A program made the position numbers and the translations under genes. A model generated the notes under the pieces. It was not told where the DNA came from and searched no databases. It was given only the letters and a program-made list of their open reading frames with translations. From Candidatus Omnitrophota bacterium (GTDB taxonomy: Bacteria > Omnitrophota > Omnitrophia > Omnitrophales > Aquincolibacteriaceae), in contig JAFGHI010000030.1 of the NCBI GenBank assembly GCA_016930235.1, forward strand, positions 43,834 to 107,833: a DNA stretch of 64,000 bases. The letters are read 5' to 3'. Shown here piece by piece: positions 19,563 to 29,436 of the stretch. The number at the start of each line of letters is the position of its first letter. Within the stretch, counting starts at the first letter, position 1.

Positions 19563-20369
19563 ATGAGAAAATCGAGAAATGAAACCCTCGTGGGTATGTT
19601 TGTTATCTTAGGTTTTATCTTGTTAACAACCGTTGTTTTCTTTGTCAGCGGTGTTTATTTCTTCCGCTCGGGGTATTCGTTGAATGTGATGTACGATTTT
19701 ATCAGTATTCTGGATAAGGGTGCTCCTGTGCGTTTGGCAGGGGTCCGTGTCGGAGAAGTAAGCCGTGTCGATCTTATCTATGATCAAAACAAAGAAAGAT
19801 CGCGGGTCAAAGTAAAACTTTTTATTGAAAAGGGGGTGGAAATTAAAGAAAACTATTTGTTTAAGATTCAAGGGACTCACATTTTAAGTGAGCCGCATAT
19901 TGAAGTCGAACCCCAGCCCGGAAATGCCCCATTGGTTCGTGATGGGCATCTGATGGAGGGGTACGATCCGGTCCCTGTTGAAGCCTTGATTGAGCGCGGG
20001 CATCGAATTGCCGATAATTTTAATGAGATTATTGAGAGGTTACGGGATGCCCTTCGCGATGAGGAAACCGGACGTGCCATGAAAGACATTGTAACTCATC
20101 TGGCGGGCGTGACGGGATCTTTGGATAAGGTTTTAAAGGGATCCGAGGATGATCTAACAGGTGCGGTGAAGGATCTTCAGGCGTCGACAGAGTCCCTTCG
20201 TAACATTCTTGATACGATTGAAAAGGGAGAAGGAACTGCGGGAAAACTTCTCGTCAAAGACGAGCTTTATCAGGAAATCCGAGAATTTGTCGCGGAGATC
20301 AAAGCTCATCCCTGGAAATTAATGAAACGGGATGACAAAGACGATAAGAAAGGGTTCCTCTTTTTTTAA
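19563..20369 (+). CDS. mlaD: MCE/MlaD-family protein with helical C-terminal extension
   Basis: N-terminal TM segment (VGMFV), MCE signature GAPVRLAGVRVGEV, helical tail with GEGTAGKLL. Confidence 0.88.
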   Translation: MRKSRNETLVGMFVILGFILLTTVVFFVSGVYFFRSGYSLNVMYDFISILDKGAPVRLAGVRVGEVSRVDLIYDQNKERSRVKVKLFIEKGVEIKENYLFKIQGTHILSEPHIEVEPQPGNAPLVRDGHLMEGYDPVPVEALIERGHRIADNFNEIIERLRDALRDEETGRAMKDIVTHLAGVTGSLDKVLKGSEDDLTGAVKDLQASTESLRNILDTIEKGEGTAGKLLVKDELYQEIREFVAEIKAHPWKLMKRDDKDDKKGFLFF

Positions 20370-20420
20370 TAAAATTTTAATTTTATTTCATGTGAGCGAT
20401 ATTCAAAAAGGAGTTTGATT

Positions 20421-21509
20421 ATGGTAGCGATTATTCGAATTTTATTTGTTCTGGGCTGTGCGGGATATGGTTATGTTGCCAATATCTCGTGGCTCCCGGA
20501 TTTGGGAGATCCCTTCACGGCTTATGCGGGGGCTGGGATTGGATTTTTCATTGGAATGTTGGTGATCTTGATTGATATATTTTTCAAGCAGTTTACGGTT
20601 CGAAATATCTTATCAATCTTGATCGGAGCAGGGCTGGGTCTTTTGGTGCACCGCCTTTTCATGATGGTGATTGTGTACGCGGATTTTCCCCTTGCCTCAG
20701 AAAGGCAACTCGGGATTGCCACGGCGATTATCTTCACCTATCTGGGGGTCATCACGGTTCTAAGAGGCCAGGATGAATTTTCTCTGATGCTTCCGTTTGT
20801 GACCTTAGACAAGAAAGGTGCTAAGGAAGAACTGATTTTGCTTGATACGAGCGTCATTATTGACGGGCGCATTGCGGATATCTGCAAGACCCATTTTCTT
20901 CCGGGTAAACTTATCTTACCCCGTTTTGTTTTAAAAGAGCTTCAATTGATCTCGGATTCTTCGGATCCCTTAAAACGGAACCGGGGGCGGCGGGGATTGG
21001 ATGTTCTCAATAAGATCAAAGAAAATCCGAATTTGATTGTCAAAATCAATGAGATGGATTTCCCTGAATTTTCCACCGTCGATGCCAAACTGGTCAAGAT
21101 GGCTCAGGTTCTGGATGCCAAGATTTTTACCAACGATTTTAACCTGAACAAAGTTGCTGAGCTTCAGGGTGTGAAGGTTCTCAATATTAATGAACTTGCG
21201 AATGCTTTGAAACCGATTGTGATGCCCGGGGAAATGATGCAGGTCAAGATCCTTAAAGAGGGCAAAGAGCATGACCAAGGTGTCGCATACCTGGATGACG
21301 GAACGATGGTGGTCGTTGACAATGGAAGACGCCGAATTGGGCAAACCATGAATGTATCCATCACCAGTGTTCTTCAAACACAAGCAGGCCGAATGATTTT
21401 TGCGAAGATACCTGAAAATGGCGACAGACCGGATCGCAATAATGACCAACGGCGAGACCGGCATCAACGGCATGATCAGCGCCGTTTCGGGCAGGGCGGT
21501 GGGAGGTAA
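20421..21509 (+). CDS. Membrane-anchored PIN/TRAM domain protein (YacL-like)
   Basis: N-terminal TMs, PIN motif LDTSVIIDGRI and RNRGRRGLD, TRAM GVAYLDDGTMVVV...SVLQTQAGRMIFA. Confidence 0.92.
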   Translation: MVAIIRILFVLGCAGYGYVANISWLPDLGDPFTAYAGAGIGFFIGMLVILIDIFFKQFTVRNILSILIGAGLGLLVHRLFMMVIVYADFPLASERQLGIATAIIFTYLGVITVLRGQDEFSLMLPFVTLDKKGAKEELILLDTSVIIDGRIADICKTHFLPGKLILPRFVLKELQLISDSSDPLKRNRGRRGLDVLNKIKENPNLIVKINEMDFPEFSTVDAKLVKMAQVLDAKIFTNDFNLNKVAELQGVKVLNINELANALKPIVMPGEMMQVKILKEGKEHDQGVAYLDDGTMVVVDNGRRRIGQTMNVSITSVLQTQAGRMIFAKIPENGDRPDRNNDQRRDRHQRHDQRRFGQGGGR

Positions 21510-21514
21510 GGTGG

Positions 21515-22711
21515 ATGCGTGTCAGCCTCATCGTCGCGGCAGGGGGAAGCAGCCTTCGATTCCGTGAAAGTTTAATTCGTCGCGGGACAAAACACGGGAA
21601 GGAATCAGAGGCAGGGAAACTGTTTCAATGGCTCGCAGGTAAACCTGTTCTGGTGCACAGCCTTTTAGCCTTCAAGAAGATACCCCAGATCCAAGAGACC
21701 TTTGTTGCCATTGCTCCGGCCCTCAAGAAGCCGTTGGAGAAGGTGCTTAAGCAAGAAGGGCTTGTTCACGTACGAGTTGTCCGGGGCGGAAAGACGAGGG
21801 CCGAATCTGTTTGGAATGCACTCCGGCGAACGAGAACAAACCATGATTGGGTGATGGTTCATGACGGGGCGAGGCCTCTTGTGAACTCCGAGACTATCCG
21901 GAAGGTTTTACGGGCAGCCAAACACGCAGATGGTGTTGTCTTAGCCAGCAAGGTTGTTCCTACCATTAAGGAAGTGGATTCCGCAGGGACTATACAACAG
22001 ACGGTTGATCGTACGGTTTTGCGTGAAGCCGAAACACCGCAGCTCGTGAAAAGAGATTTATTGATAAGGGCCTACCGGAAGGTGCCAAACGCTATGAAAG
22101 CGACTGACGAAGCCTCTTTGCTTGAATTGATCGGCAGATGCGTCAAAGTCATTACTCATGAGGATTGGAACCCTAAAATTACGACCCTTGCGGATTTGGA
22201 GCGTGCGAAGGGATATATCGAAGGCGAGGAGAACCCGATCTTTTATGGGTTAGGCTTTGACTCCCACAAACTGGCGCTTGGGCGTCCCTTTTATCTTGGA
22301 GGCGTGCGGATCCCATATGCAAAAGGAGCGCTAGGCCATTCCGATGGGGATGCGCTTCTCCATGCGATTACCGATGCAATTTTAGGTGCCATCGGAGAGG
22401 GTGATATCGGAGAATGGTTTTCGGATCGAGATCCCCGCTGGAAGAATGTTCGAAGCGGCCGATTGTTGAGAAAAGTTGTTGCGAGGGCGGATGAAAAAGG
22501 ATGGCGGACAGAGCATGTAGATTCCGTCATTATCCTCCAAAAACCAAAATTAAGTCCCTACAAAGAGAAGATCCGGAAAAAGATTGCATCGGACCTCTCA
22601 ATCCCTCCTGCCCGGGTTTCTGTGAAGGCCAAAACGATGGAAGGCCTTGAGAGCATGGAAGGCGGTGATGTTGTTATTTGCGAGGCCATTGTTTCGATGA
22701 GGAGAAAATAG
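21515..22711 (+). CDS. ispDF: Bifunctional IspD/IspF
   Basis: IspD motifs AAGG..R, VHDGARP, ETPQ, TDEA, NPKITT; IspF motifs GFDSH, GHSDGD, DIG, SVKAKT. Confidence 0.92.
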   Translation: MRVSLIVAAGGSSLRFRESLIRRGTKHGKESEAGKLFQWLAGKPVLVHSLLAFKKIPQIQETFVAIAPALKKPLEKVLKQEGLVHVRVVRGGKTRAESVWNALRRTRTNHDWVMVHDGARPLVNSETIRKVLRAAKHADGVVLASKVVPTIKEVDSAGTIQQTVDRTVLREAETPQLVKRDLLIRAYRKVPNAMKATDEASLLELIGRCVKVITHEDWNPKITTLADLERAKGYIEGEENPIFYGLGFDSHKLALGRPFYLGGVRIPYAKGALGHSDGDALLHAITDAILGAIGEGDIGEWFSDRDPRWKNVRSGRLLRKVVARADEKGWRTEHVDSVIILQKPKLSPYKEKIRKKIASDLSIPPARVSVKAKTMEGLESMEGGDVVICEAIVSMRRK

Positions 22712-22712
22712 G

Positions 22713-24134
22713 ATGGTTCGAGTTCGGTTTGCACCTTCACCTACGGGGTATCTGCATTTGGGAAATATTCGCACGGCACTTTTTAATTTCCTTTTTGCGC
22801 GGCATCACGGGGGCAAATTTATTTTCCGCGTGGAAGATACGGACCGGGAAAGGTCCCGGCCTGAGTTTGAGAAAGCTCAAATCGACGATCTGTTATGGAT
22901 GGGAGTGGTGCCGGATGAAGGGCCGGGGTTCGGAGGAGATTTTGGGCCTTATCGCCAATCCGAACGGCTTGGGATTTATCGAGACGCGATTCGGAAGCTA
23001 ATCGACCAAGGGCATGCTTATGATTGTTATGTGACCGAAGAAGAAGTTGAAGAGATGAGGCAAAACGCGCGAGCGGAAAAAAGGTCGTTTCATTTCGATA
23101 ATCGGGGAAGGTCTTTCAGTCAGGGAGAGATTGCCCAGAGGAAGGCGAAGGGCATACGGCCTGCCGTGCGTTTCAAGATTGAGAACCCGCACTTGGAAGT
23201 CCATGACCTTATCCGGGGGAAGGTTTCCTTCAACTTAGATGACATGGTTGGGGATTTTATCATTCAGCGTGCTGATGGGATGCCGACCTTCCATTTGGTT
23301 GTTTGTGTCGATGATGCGAGGATGGAGATTACGCATGTTATCCGCGGGGAGGATCATCTTTCCAATACGCCGAAACATTTGCTTCTTTTTCAAGCGTTGG
23401 GGGCCGAATCGCCGCAATTCGGTCATTTGCCGCTCGTTCAAGGCGAGGGGGGGCAAACCCTTTCCAAACGTTTAGACTCCGTATCGATGCGCGCCTTCCG
23501 TGGAAAAGGTTATTTGCCTCACGCGCTTGCCAATTATATGGCGTTGCTGGGGTGGTCCCCGGGAAATGATCAGGAGATTTTTACCTTGGAAGAGCTTCAG
23601 CGGGCGTTTGATTTAGGACGCGTTGGACGGTCTAGCGCCATCTTTGATCCCCAGAAACTTGATTGGATGAATGGGGAACATTTGAGGAGACTGTCGGGGG
23701 AAGAGTTTGCCGAGTCGGCTTTGCGGTATTTGGAGGAGCAAGGTTCCATGGATCTTAATCCCGGTTTGCTGAAGAATGTCCTTGCGATCTTTCAAGATAA
23801 GATTGAACGTTTCGATCAATTGCCCGAGGCCTTAAAGATTCTTCAAGACGAATTTGATTACGAGGATGAAGCCTTGATGAAGGCGGATGAATCCAAGATG
23901 ATTTTTCGTGCTGCACTTGAAATTTTAGACGAATGGTCTAAAGAACCGTCTGATTTATATCAAGGACTCGTTGAGGAATTGAAGAAGAAGGTCCCGGCAA
24001 AAGGCAAGAGCCTCTTTCATCCGATCAGGATGGCGGTAACGGGCAGAGTCCATGGCCCGGAATTAAAACGGGTTATCCCTGTCCTTGGGCGTGATAAAAT
24101 AAAAGGCCGTTTCCGGCGGGCGCTTCAAATCTAA
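22713..24134 (+). CDS. gltX: Glutamate--tRNA ligase
   Basis: RFAPSPTGYLHLG, RVEDTD, ITHVIRGEDH and LSKR motifs. Confidence 0.96.
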   Translation: MVRVRFAPSPTGYLHLGNIRTALFNFLFARHHGGKFIFRVEDTDRERSRPEFEKAQIDDLLWMGVVPDEGPGFGGDFGPYRQSERLGIYRDAIRKLIDQGHAYDCYVTEEEVEEMRQNARAEKRSFHFDNRGRSFSQGEIAQRKAKGIRPAVRFKIENPHLEVHDLIRGKVSFNLDDMVGDFIIQRADGMPTFHLVVCVDDARMEITHVIRGEDHLSNTPKHLLLFQALGAESPQFGHLPLVQGEGGQTLSKRLDSVSMRAFRGKGYLPHALANYMALLGWSPGNDQEIFTLEELQRAFDLGRVGRSSAIFDPQKLDWMNGEHLRRLSGEEFAESALRYLEEQGSMDLNPGLLKNVLAIFQDKIERFDQLPEALKILQDEFDYEDEALMKADESKMIFRAALEILDEWSKEPSDLYQGLVEELKKKVPAKGKSLFHPIRMAVTGRVHGPELKRVIPVLGRDKIKGRFRRALQI

Positions 24135-24143
24135 GGAGTCGAT

Positions 24144-25646
24144 GTGACGATTCGGTTAACAAATACCTTAACGGGAGAAATTGAGGAATTTCAGCCTTTA
24201 AAGAAAGGCGAGGTGGGGATCTATACCTGCGGACCCACGGTCTATGATTATGCCCATATCGGCAATTTCAGGACTTTTGTTTTCGAGGATCTTCTCAGGC
24301 GGTTCCTGGAATTTCAGGGGTTTCGGGTCAAACACGTCATGAATGTGACGGATGTCGATGACAAAACCATTGCCGGGGCCGTCCGTGAACATAAAAGCCT
24401 CAAGGAATACACCGAATTTTATACCCGGGCTTTTTTAGAAGACTTGAAGGTGCTGAATATCCTACCTCCGACCCTTCAACCGAAGGCGACCGATGAGATT
24501 CATGGTTCAGGGGGGATGATTGAATTGATCAAGGGACTTGTCGATAAAGGCTTCGCTTATGAAAGTGACGGGTCGGTTTATTACCGCGTTTCAAAATTTT
24601 CCGATTATGGAAAATTGTCCGGTAAGGACATCGACCGGAATATCGTCGGGGCCCGGGTGGATTCCGATGAGTATGAGAAAGAGGCCGGAACCGATTTTGT
24701 GTTATGGAAGAAGTCAAAAGAAGGGGAACCGGGCTGGGATTCTCCCTGGGGCATGGGAAGGCCCGGCTGGCATATTGAGTGCTCGGCGATGAGTATGAAA
24801 TATTTGGGCAAGACGTTTGATATCCATGCAGGGGGCGAAGACCTTATTTTCCCGCATCATGAAAATGAGATTGCCCAGTCCGAGGCCTTCAGCCAAACGA
24901 AACCCTTCGTCCGTTACTGGCTTCATTGCAAGTTTCTTCTCGTGAACGGCGAAAAGATGTCCAAATCGAAAGGGAACTTCTATACTCTGCGTGATTTATT
25001 GAAGCAGGGAGCGGATCCGATGGCCATTCGTTTTGCTCTTTTAGCTGTCAGCTACCGGATGCCGCTTAATTTTACCTTCGAGGGCCTCGAGGCTGTTAGC
25101 GAGATCATTAAGAAGTTGGATGACTGCTATTTTGATTGTCTCTCCAGGTTCTGTGATAAGACCTACGAGCCGCAACGCGAACCTGATGCCCAGGAAAAAG
25201 AGCGCATGCAGGTCAGTTTAAAGAAATCGTTGGAATCTTACATGAATAAAATTATCGGGGCCTTCAGTAATGATCTTGCTATTTCTATTGCCGTTGCCGA
25301 AATCTTGACAGCGGTCAGTCATATCAACAGCGACTTGACCTTGCCGTATTCGACGTCAAGGAATGAGGAGAATGTTCGAGCAGCCATCGGTTTCTTTGGA
25401 GACATTGATCGTCTCTTGGGTCTCGATATTTCTTCTGTGAAAGATATCCCGGCCGATGTTCAAAAACGCGTGATCGAACGTAATAAGGTCAGACAACATT
25501 CTGATTTTAAAAAGGACAAGACATTGCAGGCAAAGTCGGATGTGATGCGTGGTGAGATCGAAAAAATGGGATGGCTCGTGAAGGATTCAAGGCCGGGGGA
25601 AGCATCGCGTTTAAAAAAGAAACGCCGGACGTGGGAGTCTAACTAA
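24144..25646 (+). CDS. cysS: Cysteine--tRNA ligase
   Basis: CGPTVYDYAHIGN, GRPGWHIECS, FPHHENE and KMSKS motifs. Confidence 0.96.
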   Translation: MTIRLTNTLTGEIEEFQPLKKGEVGIYTCGPTVYDYAHIGNFRTFVFEDLLRRFLEFQGFRVKHVMNVTDVDDKTIAGAVREHKSLKEYTEFYTRAFLEDLKVLNILPPTLQPKATDEIHGSGGMIELIKGLVDKGFAYESDGSVYYRVSKFSDYGKLSGKDIDRNIVGARVDSDEYEKEAGTDFVLWKKSKEGEPGWDSPWGMGRPGWHIECSAMSMKYLGKTFDIHAGGEDLIFPHHENEIAQSEAFSQTKPFVRYWLHCKFLLVNGEKMSKSKGNFYTLRDLLKQGADPMAIRFALLAVSYRMPLNFTFEGLEAVSEIIKKLDDCYFDCLSRFCDKTYEPQREPDAQEKERMQVSLKKSLESYMNKIIGAFSNDLAISIAVAEILTAVSHINSDLTLPYSTSRNEENVRAAIGFFGDIDRLLGLDISSVKDIPADVQKRVIERNKVRQHSDFKKDKTLQAKSDVMRGEIEKMGWLVKDSRPGEASRLKKKRRTWESN

Positions 25647-26275
25647 TGTCCAAGTCCAAGGGGCTTTTTATTACCTTTGAAGGGACGGAAGGAAGCGGTA
25701 AAAGCACTCAAATCAAGAGGGCTGTTCAATTTCTGAAAAACCGGGGACACCGCGTTTTGATTTTGAGGGAGCCGGGGGGTACGAGGATCAGCGAATCGGT
25801 TCGCAAAGTGATCTTAAATAAGAAATTTCGTGAAATGACTCAGGAAACGGAACTCCTTCTTTATTTGGCTTGCCGGGCCCAAATTTTGCGAGAGAAGATT
25901 TTACCCGCTTTATCTAAAGGAGTGGTCGTTATTTGTGACCGGTTCGAAGATTCCACGCTGGCCTATCAAGGCTATGGGCGCGGGATTCCACTGGCGAAAA
26001 TAAGAGAAGTGAGCCGTTTATTTGTTCGCGGGAATCTCCGTCCGGATCTTATTTTTCTTTTGGACATGGATCCCGTCGAAGGAATGAAACGGGGAGGCCG
26101 CAATGACCGGATCGAAAAAGAATCGATACGGTTTCATCAAAGGGTTCGAAGGGGATACTTGGCCATGGCGAAGAAAGAACGAAACCGGTATGTTGTGTTG
26201 AAAGCGTCTGAATCCAAAGATGCCCTTACGAAGAAAATCAAGGAGCGATTGATCGATGCCGTGGGAAAGTCTTAG
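25646..26275 (+). CDS. tmk: Thymidylate kinase
   Basis: FITFEGTEGSGKST, REPGG and CDRF..S..AYQG motifs. Confidence 0.95.
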   Translation: MSKSKGLFITFEGTEGSGKSTQIKRAVQFLKNRGHRVLILREPGGTRISESVRKVILNKKFREMTQETELLLYLACRAQILREKILPALSKGVVVICDRFEDSTLAYQGYGRGIPLAKIREVSRLFVRGNLRPDLIFLLDMDPVEGMKRGGRNDRIEKESIRFHQRVRRGYLAMAKKERNRYVVLKASESKDALTKKIKERLIDAVGKS

Positions 26276-27083
26276 AAATCAGGATTTTGCGGTTCGTGTT
26301 TTGCGCGCTCATTTGGAGGCGAAAAGGATTGCGCCGACTTATTTACTTTCCGGTAAACATTCCTCGGACAAGGAAGCTTTGGCCGAGGCCTTTGCGTCGG
26401 CTTTAAATTGCGAACGGGGGCAATTCTTTTCGGAATGTTCATGCCTGCAATGTCACAAGGTCCAAAGCGGGAATCATCCGGATGTCTTATGGATCGGGTG
26501 GGATCTAAAAGAGCGTTCCATCAAGATTGAGGAGATGCGTCAATTGGTCAGCGGGGCATCGCTCAAGCCTTATGAAGGCAAATGGAAGGTTTTCATCCTT
26601 TGTGGAGCCGAGCGACTTACAACGGATGCGGCTAATTCGCTTCTAAAATCCTTGGAAGAACCTCCGCCCAACTCTGTCTTTCTTTTGCTGGTGGAAAGCA
26701 AGTCCCATCTGATGGAAACGATCCAGTCGCGTGTTTTTGAAATTCGCTTAAAACCATGTGATTCGAAAACAGAGTTTGAGAAGTCCTATCCTCAGGAATG
26801 GCAGAGCGAGGATTGGATCGATATTCTTGAGGCTTATCAAAAGACGCCCCGTGAAGAGTTGAAAGATGTTTTGGACCAACTCATGAGCTACTACCGGGAA
26901 AAGATTCATCAGGGTATCAATTCGAGCCAATTGAGCCATCAACACCTTGAAGCTTGCCTCGATGCAATTGATAAGATCCGCGAAACAAAAGATGCGGTGG
27001 CCGCTAACGTCAATCAAAAATTGGCGCTGACAAGATTAACGATTCATCTCAGAAACAGATTGAAAGAGAAGGTAGCTCCATGA
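26256..27083 (+). CDS. holB: DNA polymerase III subunit delta'
   Basis: Cys cluster followed by HPD, AANSLLKSLEEPP and TIQSR; follows tmk. Confidence 0.88.
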   Translation: MPWESLRNQDFAVRVLRAHLEAKRIAPTYLLSGKHSSDKEALAEAFASALNCERGQFFSECSCLQCHKVQSGNHPDVLWIGWDLKERSIKIEEMRQLVSGASLKPYEGKWKVFILCGAERLTTDAANSLLKSLEEPPPNSVFLLLVESKSHLMETIQSRVFEIRLKPCDSKTEFEKSYPQEWQSEDWIDILEAYQKTPREELKDVLDQLMSYYREKIHQGINSSQLSHQHLEACLDAIDKIRETKDAVAANVNQKLALTRLTIHLRNRLKEKVAP

Positions 27084-28627
27084 GCCGTCAAACGCGTTAT
27101 ATCACTTCTCCCATTTACTATGTGAACGCCAAACCTCATATCGGGCACGCCTATACGAATATTCTTTGCGATACCTTCTCGCGCTATTACCGTTTTCTGG
27201 GAGAGAAGACTTTCTTTATTACGGGGACCGATGAGCACGGTGCCAAGATGGAAAAAACCGCCAAAGAAAAAAATATGGATCCCAAAGCTTATGCCGATCT
27301 TATTTCCCCAACGTTTAAAGAGCTTTGGCGGTTATTGGGGATTCGCTATGATTATTTTATTCGCACCACAGACGACTATCACAAGCAGGTGGTTTGTAAT
27401 ATCCTCAAAAGGCTGGAAGCCAAGGGAGATATTTATCCTTCCAGCTATACTGGCTGGTATTGTGTCCCTTGTGAGACCTTTTGGACGAAGCTTCAATTGA
27501 TCGACGGGAAATGTCCGGAATGTCGCCGGGAAGTTCAGGAATTGAGCGAGGATAATTACTTCTTCCGGTTGTCAAAGTATCAGGACTGGCTTATTCAGTA
27601 TATCGAAGATCATCCGGCGTTTATTCGTCCCGATTTCCGCCGGAATGAAATCCTGTCTTTTTTGAAACAGCCTCTTGAAGATCTGTGCATTACGCGTTCG
27701 AAAAAACGTTTAAGCTGGGGCATTGAATATCCCAATTCGAAGGATCATGTGGTCTATGTGTGGTTTGACGCTCTGATCAATTACCTGAGTGGTATTGGTT
27801 ACACCACGGATGAAAAGAAATTCGAAACGTATTGGCCGGCCGATATCCAATTGATCGGCAAGGACATTTTGAGGCATCATGCGATTTATTGGCCCATTAT
27901 GTTGAAGGCTTGCGATGTCGAACCGCCGGTTGTGATCTTGGCCCATGGATGGTGGACTGTGTCAGGGGCCAAGATGTCCAAGACGGCGGGAAATGTGGTG
28001 GATCCTCTAGAACTTGTTAAAATTTATGGGGTAGATGCTTTCCGCTACTTTCTTTTGCGTGAAGTCACGGTTGGGCATGACGGAGCTTTTTCAGAAGAAC
28101 TATTAAAAGAAAGATATACCAGTGATTTAGCCAATGATTTGGGTAATTTGTGGTTTCGGTTTGCTTCGATGCTGGGGAAATATTTTCATGGAACGATCCC
28201 TAAAGTGCCGGTTAAAATTATGGGGTCGAAATTAATGCAAGAAACATTCCTAACGTGGGATCGTGTTCGGGAATCGATGGAGTGCTATGACCCGCGGGAA
28301 GCCCTGAGTGCAATTTTTCGCGTTATTACACTCGCCAATCAATATGTGGAAGAACAAAAGCCCTGGGTGTTGGCAAAAGATAAAAAGCAAAATGAAAAAC
28401 TTGCCCAAGTCTTGGTGATCCTCGGAGAATGTCTTGCGCATTTGGCGGTACTCCTTCAATCCTTCTTGCCCGATTCGTCCAAAAAGATTCTCGACCGGCT
28501 CAAGATCACGGGTATGGAAATAATTCCCCATAAAGAAGATTTTGAAAAACGGATGATCCGGACGGATACGGGGATCGAACGGGGAGAGGTTCTCTTTCCT
28601 CGTTTGGACGAAAAAAAGACAGACTGA
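27080..28627 (+). CDS. metG: Methionine--tRNA ligase (short form)
   Basis: PIYYVNAKPHIGH, GTDEHG, YVWFDAL, GKDI and KMSK motifs; no C-terminal tRNA-binding appendix. Confidence 0.95.
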   Translation: MSRQTRYITSPIYYVNAKPHIGHAYTNILCDTFSRYYRFLGEKTFFITGTDEHGAKMEKTAKEKNMDPKAYADLISPTFKELWRLLGIRYDYFIRTTDDYHKQVVCNILKRLEAKGDIYPSSYTGWYCVPCETFWTKLQLIDGKCPECRREVQELSEDNYFFRLSKYQDWLIQYIEDHPAFIRPDFRRNEILSFLKQPLEDLCITRSKKRLSWGIEYPNSKDHVVYVWFDALINYLSGIGYTTDEKKFETYWPADIQLIGKDILRHHAIYWPIMLKACDVEPPVVILAHGWWTVSGAKMSKTAGNVVDPLELVKIYGVDAFRYFLLREVTVGHDGAFSEELLKERYTSDLANDLGNLWFRFASMLGKYFHGTIPKVPVKIMGSKLMQETFLTWDRVRESMECYDPREALSAIFRVITLANQYVEEQKPWVLAKDKKQNEKLAQVLVILGECLAHLAVLLQSFLPDSSKKILDRLKITGMEIIPHKEDFEKRMIRTDTGIERGEVLFPRLDEKKTD

Positions 28628-28662
28628 GAAGCCATGGCTCACAGGAAATCATTAATTCATTC

Positions 28663-29436
28663 ATGATGAACTCTTGGATTGATACCCACACACACCTGGA
28701 TTTTGACGATTTCCGTGATGATTTGAAGGATGTTATCGGGCGTGCCAAGGCGGTTGGCATTCAGTGCATGATTAATGTGGGTGCTGACCTGGCGAGTTCG
28801 GAGAAATCTTTGAGATTAACGCAACTTTATGATTGTCTTTATGCAACGGCCGGTATTCATCCGCACGAAGCCCAAGCGGTGACCCCTGAAGTTATTTTAA
28901 AAATCGAGGAAATATTACAGGAGCGGCATGTCGTAGGGATCGGTGAAGTCGGACTTGATTATTTTCGTGATCATTCTCCCCGTGAAAAACAAAGGGAGGT
29001 CTTCGGCCTATTTCTTGAAATGCATCAAAAATATTCTAAGCCTCTTGTCATCCATTGCCGCGAAGCTTATGAGGATTTACAGGCCATGATGAAGGAGTAC
29101 CTCATGCCTCCTTTTCAGGCAATCAGCCATTGTTTTTCATCCGATAAAGACACCATGAAGGATCTTCTCGATCTCGGATTTTATATCGCTTTCGGAGGGG
29201 CTCTGACTTATAAAAAAAATGATGTGCTTCGAGAAGCCCTCAAGTTTTGTCCGTTGGACCGTCTTTTGCTTGAAACCGATGCTCCGTATTTGCCGCCTCA
29301 AGCCTTTCGGGGGAAAAGGAATGAACCAGCGTATCTGATTGAAACGGCGAAATTGGCTGCCGAGATTAAGAGGATTCATTCCGAAGAACTCGCCCGCCAT
29401 ACAACCGAGAATGCCAAGAAGATTTTTCGGCTATGA
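28663..29436 (+). CDS. tatD: TatD-family DNase
   Basis: DTHTH, GIHPH, GEVGLDY, IHCR, HCF and ETDAPYL motifs. Confidence 0.93.
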   Translation: MMNSWIDTHTHLDFDDFRDDLKDVIGRAKAVGIQCMINVGADLASSEKSLRLTQLYDCLYATAGIHPHEAQAVTPEVILKIEEILQERHVVGIGEVGLDYFRDHSPREKQREVFGLFLEMHQKYSKPLVIHCREAYEDLQAMMKEYLMPPFQAISHCFSSDKDTMKDLLDLGFYIAFGGALTYKKNDVLREALKFCPLDRLLLETDAPYLPPQAFRGKRNEPAYLIETAKLAAEIKRIHSEELARHTTENAKKIFRL

